Assembly (NCBI GenBank): GCA_016209965.1
Contig: JACQVE010000033.1
Location: 1 to 48,524, forward strand
Direction: 5' to 3'
Source: Gemmatimonadota bacterium
GTDB taxonomy: Bacteria; Gemmatimonadota; Gemmatimonadetes; Longimicrobiales; RSA9
Length of the DNA: 48,524 bases
Positions 39,695 to 48,524 of the stretch are shown here, one piece after another. Made by a program: the position numbers and the translations under genes. The notes beneath the pieces are model-generated. The model was not told the DNA's origin and searched no databases. It saw nothing but the letters and a program-made list of their open reading frames with translations. Within the stretch, counting starts at the first letter, position 1. Every line of letters begins with the position of its first letter.

Positions 39695-41428
39695 TCAAGC
39701 GGCTCCGTCCCGGGTGAGCAGGTAATTGCCCAAAACCAGCACGTCCAGCTTGGTACGCGAGAAGCAGGATAAGGCATCCTCCGGCGTGCAGACGATCGGC
39801 TCGTTGTCATTGAAGGACGTATTCAAGAGCACGGGCACGCCAGTTTCGCGCTGGAACGCCTCGATCAGGCGCCAATACTGGGGATTCGTCTCAACACTCA
39901 CCGTCTGAAGACGACCCGTGCCGTCTACGTGCGTCGCTGCCGGAATCACATCTCGCTTGGCGGGTCGAACCGCATACGCCAGGTTCATGAAGGGCGAAGG
40001 ATACGTCCGCTCGAAGTAGTCGGCCGTCGCCTCCTCGAGCACGGACGGCGCGAACGGCCGGAACGACTCCCGGTGTTTCACTCGCCGGTTCAGCAGATCT
40101 TTCATCTCGGGGCGGCGCGGGTCCACCACAATGCTCCTGTTCCCCAACGCGCGCGGCCCCCACTCCATCCGCCCCTGGAACCACCCCACGATCCGGCCTG
40201 CGGCAATGTGGCGCGCCGTTTCCCTGCACAGCGCCTCTTCCGGCAACTCGCGGAAGGGGAGGTGGCGTCGTTCCAGCGCGCGCCGGATTTCCTCATTCGA
40301 AAAGCTCGGCCCCCAGTACGCATGCCGCATTGCGAACTGGCGCGGCTGGCCGAGTACCTGGTGATAAACCTGGGCCGCCGCGCCGACCGCCAACCCCGCA
40401 TCCCCCGCCGCCGGCTGTACGTACAGGTCGCGGAACGGCGTGTGCTCGAAAATCTTCCCGTTGGCCACGCAGTTGAAGGCGACGCCGCCCGCCAGGCATA
40501 ACGCCGTCCTGCCCGTCTTGCGGTGCAGCTCGTTGAGCAGCTCGAAGAGCACCTCCTCGAGCCGGGCCTGCAGTGTGGCGGCGACGTCCTTATGGCACTG
40601 CTCGAGCGGCTCCCGCGGCCGCCGCGCAGGCCCGAGCAACGCCTCCAGCCGCGGCCCGAACAAAGGGCCCATTTCCGGCGTCTGGTCCGATTCGCGCCAG
40701 GTCATGGGCGCACCCTCGCGATGGTGCCGGAAAAACTCCAGAGCGAGCCGAAAGCGGGACCCGTCGCCCGAGCGCAGAATGCGACGAAACTCGCCCCGGT
40801 GCACCGGCTCGCCGTACGCGGCCAGCCCCATGACCTTGTATTCGTCGCCGTACTTCCAGAAGCCCAGGTACTGTGTCAGCGCAGAATAATACAACCCCAG
40901 CGAATGGGGAAAAGAGATGACGCCCAGCACCAGCATCCGGCGGTCACGACCCATCCCCCACATGGTGCTGGCAAAATCGCCCAGCCCGTCAGCGGACAAA
41001 ACGGCCGCGTGCTCGAACGGCGAAACCAGGAACGCGCTGGCCAGGTGCGCCAGGTGGTGCTCGACGCGATGGAACCGGGCAGTGACGCGTGCCGGGTCCA
41101 CGTCCAGTCCGCGGGCCAGTTCCTCGCGAATACCCGCAAAGCGCACCAGCACCTTCGAGCGCTCGAAGGCCATCCGCGGCAGGCGCAGCGCGTACAGCGC
41201 CTTCCGCCCCAGCCGGGCCCAGGGGTCGCGGGGAATCGCGATGTGGTCGACCTCGTGGACGCCCACGCCGGCCTCGGCGAGACAGTAGCGGATGGCGCGG
41301 ATAGGGAAGCCGGCCGCGTACTTCACCCGATTGAAGCGCTCCTCCTCCGCCGCGGCGACCAGTTGGCCATCGCAGAACAGGGCCGCGGAGGCATTGCCAT
41401 GGTAAGCATTAATCCCCAGAACATGCAT
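39695..41428 (-). CDS. NodU/CmcH-family carbamoyltransferase
   Basis: Motifs seen: VLGINAYHGNASAALFCDG, EEERFNRVK and LLNTSFNDNEPIVCTPEDAL. 577 aa. Confidence 0.92.
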   Translation of the reverse strand: MHVLGINAYHGNASAALFCDGQLVAAAEEERFNRVKYAAGFPIRAIRYCLAEAGVGVHEVDHIAIPRDPWARLGRKALYALRLPRMAFERSKVLVRFAGIREELARGLDVDPARVTARFHRVEHHLAHLASAFLVSPFEHAAVLSADGLGDFASTMWGMGRDRRMLVLGVISFPHSLGLYYSALTQYLGFWKYGDEYKVMGLAAYGEPVHRGEFRRILRSGDGSRFRLALEFFRHHREGAPMTWRESDQTPEMGPLFGPRLEALLGPARRPREPLEQCHKDVAATLQARLEEVLFELLNELHRKTGRTALCLAGGVAFNCVANGKIFEHTPFRDLYVQPAAGDAGLAVGAAAQVYHQVLGQPRQFAMRHAYWGPSFSNEEIRRALERRHLPFRELPEEALCRETARHIAAGRIVGWFQGRMEWGPRALGNRSIVVDPRRPEMKDLLNRRVKHRESFRPFAPSVLEEATADYFERTYPSPFMNLAYAVRPAKRDVIPAATHVDGTGRLQTVSVETNPQYWRLIEAFQRETGVPVLLNTSFNDNEPIVCTPEDALSCFSRTKLDVLVLGNYLLTRDGAA

Positions 41429-41450
41429 GTTCGGACGAGCCTTCCTGTTC

Positions 41451-43511
41451 TTAACCCGTCGATACGCCAGCGTGTCCCTGGCTCGCAGTCCCGCGCACGC
41501 CGCCGTAAAAGTGGCCCGCGCCGCTGGCCGGCGCGGCCTCCAGGTGCAGGCGTGTCCAGGCGTTCAAGACGTACAGGCTCCAGGGGCGGGACCAGCCCGT
41601 GCGGCCGCCCAGGAATGCGCGCCAGACCCAGGGCGCGGCCCCTGCATCCAACAGTTCAGTGACCGCAGCGGGCGGATCGTGCAAGCCGGCCTCGACGCTG
41701 CCTCGCAACCGCCCGCGCAGCCACCGCTCCCATGGCAAGTTGAAGCCTCGCTTGCGCTGGCGGACCACGTCGCGGGGCAGGATGTCCCTGAGCGCCTCGA
41801 TCAGCAGGCTCTTCCCCGCCGCCCGACGCGTCCACAGCCGCCGGCCCGGCGCCCGCGCCATGAATTCCGCCAGCTCGTGATCCAGGAAGGGGACTCGCAC
41901 TTCGAGGGAATGGCCCATGCTCATCGAGTCGGTGTCCCGCAATAGGGTGTTCACGAGATACGAGCGGCTTTCCAGGTAGGAGACAGTCGTGAAGGCATCC
42001 AGCCCCGCGCGCTGCACGGCCTTCGCGGCGCCAGCCAACCACTCCCACCAGAGCAAGGTCTCGCCATCGGCCTGGCCCAGCCAGCGCACAGCCTGGCGGG
42101 GCGTAAACACCAGCCGGTTGAAGAAGTAAGGGTGCGGCAACGCCTGAGGTTCACTCCAGAACTCCGCTAACTTTCGACCCGAGCCCCTGGCGCCGATGCG
42201 GCCCCCGGCCGCAGCCAGGATATGGCCAACTGCAGGCTGCGCCACGGCCGGCACCGCACGCCTGAACCGGGCGAGACGGTCCAACTGCAGAGTCCACCGG
42301 AAGGTGGGGTAACCGCCAAACAACTCGTCCCCACCCAGTCCTGACAGCGCTACCTTCAGCCCCGCTTGACGGGCCATCCAGGAGACGAAGTAGGTGTTCA
42401 CGCCATCCATGCTCGGCTGATCCAGGGCTGCAACAGCCGCATCCAGCCGGCTCAGCATCTCGTCCGCGTCCAGCACCAGTTCCTGGTGCGTCGTCCCCAG
42501 CACGCGGGCCGTCTGACTCGCCAGCCTGGACTCGCTGAACTCCAGCTCCGGAAACGCCACGGTCAGCGTCCGAACCTGCGAGCTGTGCCGTGCCGCAAGC
42601 GCGCCAAGCGCCGTCGAGTCGATGCCGCTGCTCAAGAAGATCCCGAGCGGCACGTCCGCGATCAGGTGTAGTCTCACACTCTCTTCCAGGATCGAGCGGA
42701 TGCGCGCCACCACATCGGCCCGGGCGGCCCCGGCGCCACCCCGCTCCACCGACTCCTCGCCTGCTTCTCCGTCGCCCGCCGCATTCAGCACATCCCAGTA
42801 GCACTGCGGCGAGACCGACCGCTGCAGCTCGCCTACCTCCACGAGCATCCTGTGACCGGGCGGCAGCGAGTACACCCCCTCGACCAGCGTTGTAGGTTCC
42901 CCGGCCGAGCCAAAGAGCAAGTAGTGGCGCAGCCCCGCCGGCGAAAGACGCCGGGGCACGCACCCGCTGGCCAACAGCGCCCTCACCTCCGAAGCGAACG
43001 CCAGCCGGCCTGCCGCATGGTAGTAATAGAGCGGCTTGATCCCGAAGCGGTCGCGGGCCAAAAATACTCGAGTGCCTGAACCGGGAACGGCCGCGTGACC
43101 GCTGCTCAGCCGTCCGGTCGGCCGTGAGTCGTGCACCGCGAACGCGAACATGCCGCGCAACCGGTGCACACAGTCAGCTCCCCACTCCTCGTAGGCGTGA
43201 GCGATGACCTCCGTATCCGACTCTGTCCGGAAGACGTGCCCGCGCGCCGTGAGATCGCGCCTCAACTCGTGGAAGTTGTAGATTTCACCGTTCTGCACGA
43301 CGACGACGCGACCGTCCTCGTTGGCCATCGGCTGCCGGCCGCCCTCCAGGTCAATAATACTCAGACGGCACATGCCCAGGATGACGCCCGGCGCTGTGTG
43401 CGTGCCCTGGTCGTCAGGGCCACGGTGCCGCATAGCATCCATCATCCGCCCCACCCCCCACGCCCCGTCTTCCGATCCGCGGCCGTCCACCACGCCACAA
43501 ATGCCACACAT
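41451..43511 (-). CDS. Asparagine synthase (glutamine-hydrolysing) family amidotransferase
   Basis: MCGICG Ntn nucleophile, RGPDD, and the PP-loop FLSSGIDST. 686 aa. Confidence 0.92.
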   Translation of the reverse strand: MCGICGVVDGRGSEDGAWGVGRMMDAMRHRGPDDQGTHTAPGVILGMCRLSIIDLEGGRQPMANEDGRVVVVQNGEIYNFHELRRDLTARGHVFRTESDTEVIAHAYEEWGADCVHRLRGMFAFAVHDSRPTGRLSSGHAAVPGSGTRVFLARDRFGIKPLYYYHAAGRLAFASEVRALLASGCVPRRLSPAGLRHYLLFGSAGEPTTLVEGVYSLPPGHRMLVEVGELQRSVSPQCYWDVLNAAGDGEAGEESVERGGAGAARADVVARIRSILEESVRLHLIADVPLGIFLSSGIDSTALGALAARHSSQVRTLTVAFPELEFSESRLASQTARVLGTTHQELVLDADEMLSRLDAAVAALDQPSMDGVNTYFVSWMARQAGLKVALSGLGGDELFGGYPTFRWTLQLDRLARFRRAVPAVAQPAVGHILAAAGGRIGARGSGRKLAEFWSEPQALPHPYFFNRLVFTPRQAVRWLGQADGETLLWWEWLAGAAKAVQRAGLDAFTTVSYLESRSYLVNTLLRDTDSMSMGHSLEVRVPFLDHELAEFMARAPGRRLWTRRAAGKSLLIEALRDILPRDVVRQRKRGFNLPWERWLRGRLRGSVEAGLHDPPAAVTELLDAGAAPWVWRAFLGGRTGWSRPWSLYVLNAWTRLHLEAAPASGAGHFYGGVRGTASQGHAGVSTG

Positions 43512-43519
43512 GTCAGCAG

Positions 43520-44764
43520 CTAGGCCGAATTGGCGGGAGGCGGGAACTCTTCCGCGGGTTCGGACTTCCCGGCATGGCCGGCTGGCGCCGCGGCAGCCGT
43601 TTGGACGCGTCTCGGCCCGGACTGGCGCGCCACAGAAGCGTACAATGCCTCCATCTCCGTTACCGGCGCGTCCCAGGAGAGCATGCGCGCCACCTCGTCA
43701 CAGCCGTCCCTCAGCCGGCGCCGCACCGTATCCCCCTCCAGCAGGCAGGCCAACCCGTTCCGCAGCGCCTGGACATCGTGGGCCACCACGAGACCGGCGC
43801 GCCCATCGATCCAGGGCGCAATCCCGCACTGGTCAGTGACCAGCGCAGGCGTGCCGCAGGCGATCGCTTCCGCGGCGGCGTTCCCGAAGTTCTCGTTTTG
43901 GGAAGGGAGCACGAAGACATCCGCGTCTACCAGCGCCTCGAGCTTGGCCCGGCCGTAGTGCGGCCCGCATAACAACAACCGGTCCGGACCCAGGCCCAGC
44001 TCGCGCGCTAGCCGGTGCAGCCCGGCAAGGCAGCCGTCGCGGTCATCCGGGCCGGCGATGGCCAGTCGAGCGTGGGCCGACACACCGGCGAAGGCCCGCA
44101 GCAGCAGGTCCAGCCCCTTCTTGCGGGAAAGCCGGCCAAGATACAACACCAGCCGCTCGCTCTCACTGATGGAATGCACCCGCCGGAAGGCACCGCGCGG
44201 CGGAAGATTGACGAACTCCTCCAGCTCCACGCCGTTCCGCCGTACAAGCAGCTTCTCCGCAGCTACGCCGGCCTCGATCAGCTCCCAGCGCTCTTGCTCC
44301 GAGGTCGCAATCAGGCGAGCCGCACCTGCCTCGAGCCGCCGCGTCACGAGTCTCTGGTACAGCCGCTTCTTCAAGAGGCTCCGCACAATGGGGCGGTACA
44401 TGCCCAGCGGCTCCAGCACATAGGGTGTGCCCCGCGCGCGGCAAAACGCCGCCACCACCGGCCCCAGCAGGTCATAGAGCCCGTACAGATGCACAACGTC
44501 GAACTCCGCCAGCCGGCGTCGGCAGAAGCCCACCACGCTCGGGCTCACTGTACTCGTGCGGTAGCGCACCAGCGTGCTCAAGTAAATGGTCTCCGGCTCG
44601 GCCGGATCCGCAGGCGCCGCACGGCGGGCGCCGAAGTCCGCCGTCAGCACCGTGACGGCGTGGCCCCGCCGCATCAGATGCCGGCTCAGGGCCCGCACCT
44701 TCAGGGCCGGGCCCCCCTTTTCCAGATACGGGTAATAGAACTGCGTCACCTTAAGGACGCGCAT
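43520..44764 (-). CDS. GT4-family glycosyltransferase
   Basis: MRVLKVTQFYYPYLEKGGPA at the N-terminus and VFVLPSQNENFGNAAAEAIACGTPALV in the C-terminal domain. Confidence 0.85.
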   Translation of the reverse strand: MRVLKVTQFYYPYLEKGGPALKVRALSRHLMRRGHAVTVLTADFGARRAAPADPAEPETIYLSTLVRYRTSTVSPSVVGFCRRRLAEFDVVHLYGLYDLLGPVVAAFCRARGTPYVLEPLGMYRPIVRSLLKKRLYQRLVTRRLEAGAARLIATSEQERWELIEAGVAAEKLLVRRNGVELEEFVNLPPRGAFRRVHSISESERLVLYLGRLSRKKGLDLLLRAFAGVSAHARLAIAGPDDRDGCLAGLHRLARELGLGPDRLLLCGPHYGRAKLEALVDADVFVLPSQNENFGNAAAEAIACGTPALVTDQCGIAPWIDGRAGLVVAHDVQALRNGLACLLEGDTVRRRLRDGCDEVARMLSWDAPVTEMEALYASVARQSGPRRVQTAAAAPAGHAGKSEPAEEFPPPANSA

Positions 44765-45912
44765 TTCTCCTCGAGGATCCGGGTCAGGTCAGCTTGAAAA
44801 TGCTCGTACAGGTAGTGGCTGCGAACCCGCTCCTGAGCTCGCCGCCCCAGCTCCGAACGCAGCTCGGCGTGCTTCAGCAGGTTTCCCAGCACGCCCGCCA
44901 GCTCGCCAACATCACCGTCGTGCACCAGGCACCCCGTCACACCGTCCTCCACTATGTCCGGGGTGCCGCCGTGCGCGCCTCCGACAACGGCCTTGCCCAC
45001 ACCCATCGCTTCCAGGAAGACCAGACCGAACCCCTCAGCTCGGCTGGGCAGGGCGAAGAGATCGCAGCCCTGATAGCAGGCCAGCAGTTCCTCCGGACCG
45101 ACACTGCCCAGAAAATGAACCCGTTCCGCCACACCCAGCTCCGCGGCAAGCCTGCGCAGCCTGGGCCCATCATCGCCGTCTCCCACGACTACGAGCTGCA
45201 GGTCCGACACTTCGGGCAACACCGTGGGAAGGGCCTGGATCAGGGTGTCCACCCCCTTGTACACCTCCTTGGCCGCCAGTCTAGCCACGGTCAGAACAAT
45301 GCGCCCGCTAGGCAGACGGAAGGCGAGCCGCCCGCCTTTCGCCGTGGAACTGTCGAACCCCGGATCGAGTCCCCAGGGCAGGCGCTGCACCCGTCGCTCC
45401 GGCACTCCCTGCACCTCGGTCAGCCGGCGCGCGGTGTCGCGGCTGGGAGCAAGCAGGAGGTCGGAACGCCGCAGCGTCCAGCGGCGGAACCAGGGCAGCG
45501 TTTCCCATACGTCGATCCCGTGGCTGAACACTATCGAGTAAGCGGGTCGGCTCAGCACCTGAATCATCCACGCCGCCGGCGCCAGGTGGGGATGGGTTGC
45601 CACCACGAGCTGCCGCCTCTGCCGCGCCAGCGCTAACACAGCAGCGCAGAATTGGACTTTGGATCGGCCGTAGCCTCGGACCTCAAACCCCCGTCCCCCC
45701 ACTTGCAGCCGGCGCCCCCCCCGCGGGTCGTTCAGGCTGAGGAAGCGGTAGGGGATACGGCCCTGCTCGGCAAATCGGGCCAGGACGGCAGCGATGTGGC
45801 GGCTGGCCCGCTGCACGCCACCCCCGGATGACAGCTCCGGAAACAGCCCCGTTACCAGCGCGGGGAACGACGTCGCCGAGCCGAATTCGGCCATGGGCCC
45901 CCGGGGTTCCAC
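44746..45912 (-). CDS. GT4-family glycosyltransferase
   Basis: LFALPSRAEGFGLVFLEAMGVGKAVVGGAHGGTPDIV. The track start is GTG. The ATG at complement 45892-45894 is an alternative. The 3' end overlaps the next gene by 19 nt. Confidence 0.85.
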   Translation of the reverse strand: MEPRGPMAEFGSATSFPALVTGLFPELSSGGGVQRASRHIAAVLARFAEQGRIPYRFLSLNDPRGGRRLQVGGRGFEVRGYGRSKVQFCAAVLALARQRRQLVVATHPHLAPAAWMIQVLSRPAYSIVFSHGIDVWETLPWFRRWTLRRSDLLLAPSRDTARRLTEVQGVPERRVQRLPWGLDPGFDSSTAKGGRLAFRLPSGRIVLTVARLAAKEVYKGVDTLIQALPTVLPEVSDLQLVVVGDGDDGPRLRRLAAELGVAERVHFLGSVGPEELLACYQGCDLFALPSRAEGFGLVFLEAMGVGKAVVGGAHGGTPDIVEDGVTGCLVHDGDVGELAGVLGNLLKHAELRSELGRRAQERVRSHYLYEHFQADLTRILEEKCASLR

Positions 45913-45920
45913 GCGACGAC

Positions 45921-47735
45921 TCAGTCGGATGTAGCGGATGGCGACGCGCTCCTGCGCATGAAGCCGGCGCTGAATCCGCGAGCAGCGTTGCGAAGGTGCA
46001 CATCACTGGAGGGGAAGTGCGGGGCACAAAGCAGCTCCACGCCCCAGCACTGGTCCCCCCGCGCCGGACGGGCGTAGCGCACGCCGTTGATCGTCCGGTA
46101 CTCCAACGGCACGGCCGCCGGCATCGAGGAGGGCAGCCAGAAGTGGAAGCCGGCGACCCGCCCCGCCGAGCGATCGCCCTGAACCGCAGCCGCCATCACC
46201 CGCAGCGCGTGCCCAGGATTGAAGGGAAAGCCGGGCAACAGAAATGCCGGGACACTGAGCCCCGCAGCCAGGACGGCGACACCGGCGAAGGTTGAAGCTG
46301 GTGACGCCGCGGCCCACGCCGGCAAGAGCGCCCGCCGCCTGGTGGACCGCCATCTGATAGCAAGCAGCGCAACGGGCAGAGCCCCGTAAGAAAGCAGCCC
46401 GAACCGCGCCTCCGGCGCGCGCGCCATAACGAAGGCCAGGCCAGTGCCAGCCACGGCCAGGACCCACAGCCGCCCCCGGGGCGACTCGGCGCCGGGCATG
46501 ACGAGCAGCGCCGCTCCTGCCAGCAGGGCGGCGAGGCATAGACCCGCCGTGCCGGGGTGAGTGCTGGTCCAGGGCCCCAGCCAGTTCCAGGCACTCGCAC
46601 CCGCCGGTGCGGCACCGGACCAGCGCGCCCAGTCCCGGATGACGCTGGCGTGCGCATGGGCGTCGGCCGGCACTACCGCCCACGGCACGTCCACGCAGAA
46701 TACGGACGCCGGATAAAGAGCGCAGCCCGAGCTGATCATGCCGTATGATGCCACAGGTGAAAGCAGCAGGGCAGAGACGAGGGCCGCCAGGCAGAACCGC
46801 CGCAGCGACGCCCGCGGGCGAAACGCATAGAAGAGGGCAGCAATGCCCAGAAGGGGCAGTGCGCTTAGCTTCAAGTTGGCCGCGCCTCCGGCCAGCAGCA
46901 GCGGTACCACCCTGCCATCTCGCCAGGCAAACGTCCGCTGCTGGCTCGGCCCGCCGATCTTCGGGTCCGGCTGAGAGAAGACGAGCAAGCTCCACGCAAC
47001 AACGACCGTCAGCAGCAGAAACGGAAGGTCGGCCACCGGCGTCACCAGGATACCCCAGCGGCCCATGACCGCCAGCAGGATCCCATAGCCGACCAGCAGG
47101 AACCAGTCGGCTGGGCGGGCACGGGAGCCGAGCACCCGCGCGACCAACACCGCCGCGTGCAGCGTTGCCAACCAGGTGACGAAGCCGCCGGTCACGCCGT
47201 GGCTGCGGCCCTGGAAAACGCCAAAATCGAACGGCGCGGCCAGCGCGAACCAGGACGAACCATACCCGTGCGCGGCGTACGTCAGAGCTAACCCCCGCAC
47301 CGCACCGAATTCGCTCAGCCAGCGGATGGCGCCGTAGTGGTGGACGCCGGTATCGTAGAGCGCGATCTCCTGGAAGCTGAGCTCGCGACTGCCCAGGACG
47401 GCCAGTACCATAGCCAGCAGGGCGCCGCCCACCACGAAGCCTGGCGAAGCAGCAGCCAACAGCTCTGCCGCGGCGCTTCGGGTCCGCGCCCCAACAAGGC
47501 TCAGCGCCGCCAGGCCGGTCGCCAGGCTGCCACCCACCAGTGGCGTCAGCGGCACCACAAGAGCGGCAGCCAGCAGCAGGCTCGAGAGCGCCACCACACC
47601 CAGCCACGCGGCCAGCACCAGCCGGTCCGCGAGGCGGTCGAGCAAACTGCCTGCCTGGCACAGAGCCAAGATGGCCAGCCCGACCGGCGCACAGAGCGCT
47701 AGCAGGAGCAGCCAGCTCGCCATCAGGTAGAACAT
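45921..47735 (-). CDS. Large polytopic membrane protein, candidate O-antigen/EPS polymerase (Wzy-like)
   Basis: 604 aa with more than 12 hydrophobic helices, a YDTGVHHYGAIRWLSEFGAVRGLA loop, and a C-terminal soluble ~70 aa containing Cys residues. It is embedded between GT4 genes. The function is inferred from context. Confidence 0.5.
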   Translation of the reverse strand: MFYLMASWLLLLALCAPVGLAILALCQAGSLLDRLADRLVLAAWLGVVALSSLLLAAALVVPLTPLVGGSLATGLAALSLVGARTRSAAAELLAAASPGFVVGGALLAMVLAVLGSRELSFQEIALYDTGVHHYGAIRWLSEFGAVRGLALTYAAHGYGSSWFALAAPFDFGVFQGRSHGVTGGFVTWLATLHAAVLVARVLGSRARPADWFLLVGYGILLAVMGRWGILVTPVADLPFLLLTVVVAWSLLVFSQPDPKIGGPSQQRTFAWRDGRVVPLLLAGGAANLKLSALPLLGIAALFYAFRPRASLRRFCLAALVSALLLSPVASYGMISSGCALYPASVFCVDVPWAVVPADAHAHASVIRDWARWSGAAPAGASAWNWLGPWTSTHPGTAGLCLAALLAGAALLVMPGAESPRGRLWVLAVAGTGLAFVMARAPEARFGLLSYGALPVALLAIRWRSTRRRALLPAWAAASPASTFAGVAVLAAGLSVPAFLLPGFPFNPGHALRVMAAAVQGDRSAGRVAGFHFWLPSSMPAAVPLEYRTINGVRYARPARGDQCWGVELLCAPHFPSSDVHLRNAARGFSAGFMRRSASPSATSD

Positions 47736-48524
47736 TCCACCAGCACCGCCTCGAACAGCGCGCGCATCTCCGCAGCGTTTGTGTCCCAGTCGTAGCGCCG
47801 AGCCGTCTCCCAGCCCGCCCGGCCCAGCCGGCTGCGCAGACCCGGGTCCCGATACAGCCTGCGCACTAGCGCCGCGAGGGCCGCGGAATCCGTCGGATCG
47901 CTCAGGACGAGACCGTCCACCTCGTGCGTGATCAGCTCCGAGCCGCCATTGCCCAAAGACGTGATCACTGGCAGCCCGCAGGCCATGGCCTCGAGGGGCG
48001 GAAACGCAGCAGCGTCATAGACCGACGGGCCCACGTAGACGTCCGCCGCGGCATAAAAGCGCAGCACATCAGGCGAAGGATCGAGGAACAGGACGCGCCC
48101 ACTCAACTCGAGAGCCGCCAGCAAGCGGCGAAACGGCGCCCGATCATCCCGCCCCACTATCATTACCTTGAGCGGCACATCCGGGAGCAGCGAGGCGGCG
48201 CGCAACAGACAGGGAACCCCCTTGTTCATCCACCCGTTGCCAATGAGCAGAAGCACCAGCTCTTCTGGCCCAATACCGAGCGCCTCCCGCGCCTCCAGCC
48301 TGCGCCGCTCCCGCAGCTCAGGTTGGAACGCCGCACCATCCACCGCGTTGCGAACCAATCTGACCACAGCGCCACCCGGGAAATGACGTTGGATTTCGTC
48401 ACGCACCTTCCCCGACGGGGCGGCCGCCCGCAGCCGCTTTCTGCTGTAGACGCGACCTTCCAATCCGGAAATCAAGGCGTAGTAGAACCGCCTGTGAATC
48501 AGCCGCGCCCAGGCGGCCGGAGGA
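47723..48524 (-). CDS. GT4-family glycosyltransferase, 5' end off the window
   Basis: VYVGPSVYDAAAFPPLEAMACGLPVITS in the C-terminal domain. The track start at 48475 is a TTG, but the frame stays open to the window edge (PPAAWARLIHRRFYYALISGLEG), so the gene is partial. Confidence 0.8.
   Translation of the reverse strand, partial: PPAAWARLIHRRFYYALISGLEGRVYSRKRLRAAAPSGKVRDEIQRHFPGGAVVRLVRNAVDGAAFQPELRERRRLEAREALGIGPEELVLLLIGNGWMNKGVPCLLRAASLLPDVPLKVMIVGRDDRAPFRRLLAALELSGRVLFLDPSPDVLRFYAAADVYVGPSVYDAAAFPPLEAMACGLPVITSLGNGGSELITHEVDGLVLSDPTDSAALAALVRRLYRDPGLRSRLGRAGWETARRYDWDTNAAEMRALFEAVLVECST

Overview
High-GC bacterial chromosomal segment from a diderm organism (BamD homologue and lipoprotein lipoboxes present). 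Lines I hand-counted are mostly about 65-75% G+C. I call 41 protein-coding genes, 38 of them on the minus strand. They are tightly packed, with several 4-nt start/stop overlaps. The left ~21 kb is housekeeping: a partial GalE-like epimerase, hemA, a HemX/CcsA-like membrane protein, a LysM protein, hemB, rimI-tsaB-tsaE, uvrB, rel/spoT, radC, secA, nadD, bamD, two TPR proteins, an XRE-HTH protein and an LhgO-like oxidase. The right ~27.5 kb (21064 to the window end, continuing beyond it) is one large cell-surface glycan locus. It encodes RmlB/RmlC-like/RmlA-like enzymes, Ugd, a DegT aminotransferase, three further extended-SDR enzymes including a UXS-type decarboxylase and a UDP-GlcA-epimerase-like protein, and two GT-C/GT39-like membrane proteins plus a remnant of a third. 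It also encodes an FkbM and a class-I methyltransferase, a polyprenyl-P GT2, a WecA-like initiating transferase with an unusual C-terminal module, a Wzz-like co-polymerase, four GT4 enzymes, a NodU-type carbamoyltransferase, an AsnB-type amidotransferase and a 604-aa Wzy-like protein. I recognise no rRNA, tRNA, CRISPR array, transposase or integrase. Items most worth a second look: (1) the WecA-like fusion architecture; (2) a low-GC FkbM insertion that truncated a duplicated GT-C gene and created a chimeric ORF; (3) a scattered Gtr/Arn-like periplasmic glycosylation module; (4) a perfect 26-bp palindrome between secA and radC whose 14-nt core recurs at the 5' end of a GT-C gene; (5) a (GGGNNN)6 G-quadruplex-type tract immediately upstream of tsaB; (6) a GTGCAC-repeat intergenic region that can also be read as a His/Cys-rich small ORF; (7) tsaE lacking a canonical start codon where one is expected. 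All functional calls come from motif recognition by eye. No database search was run.
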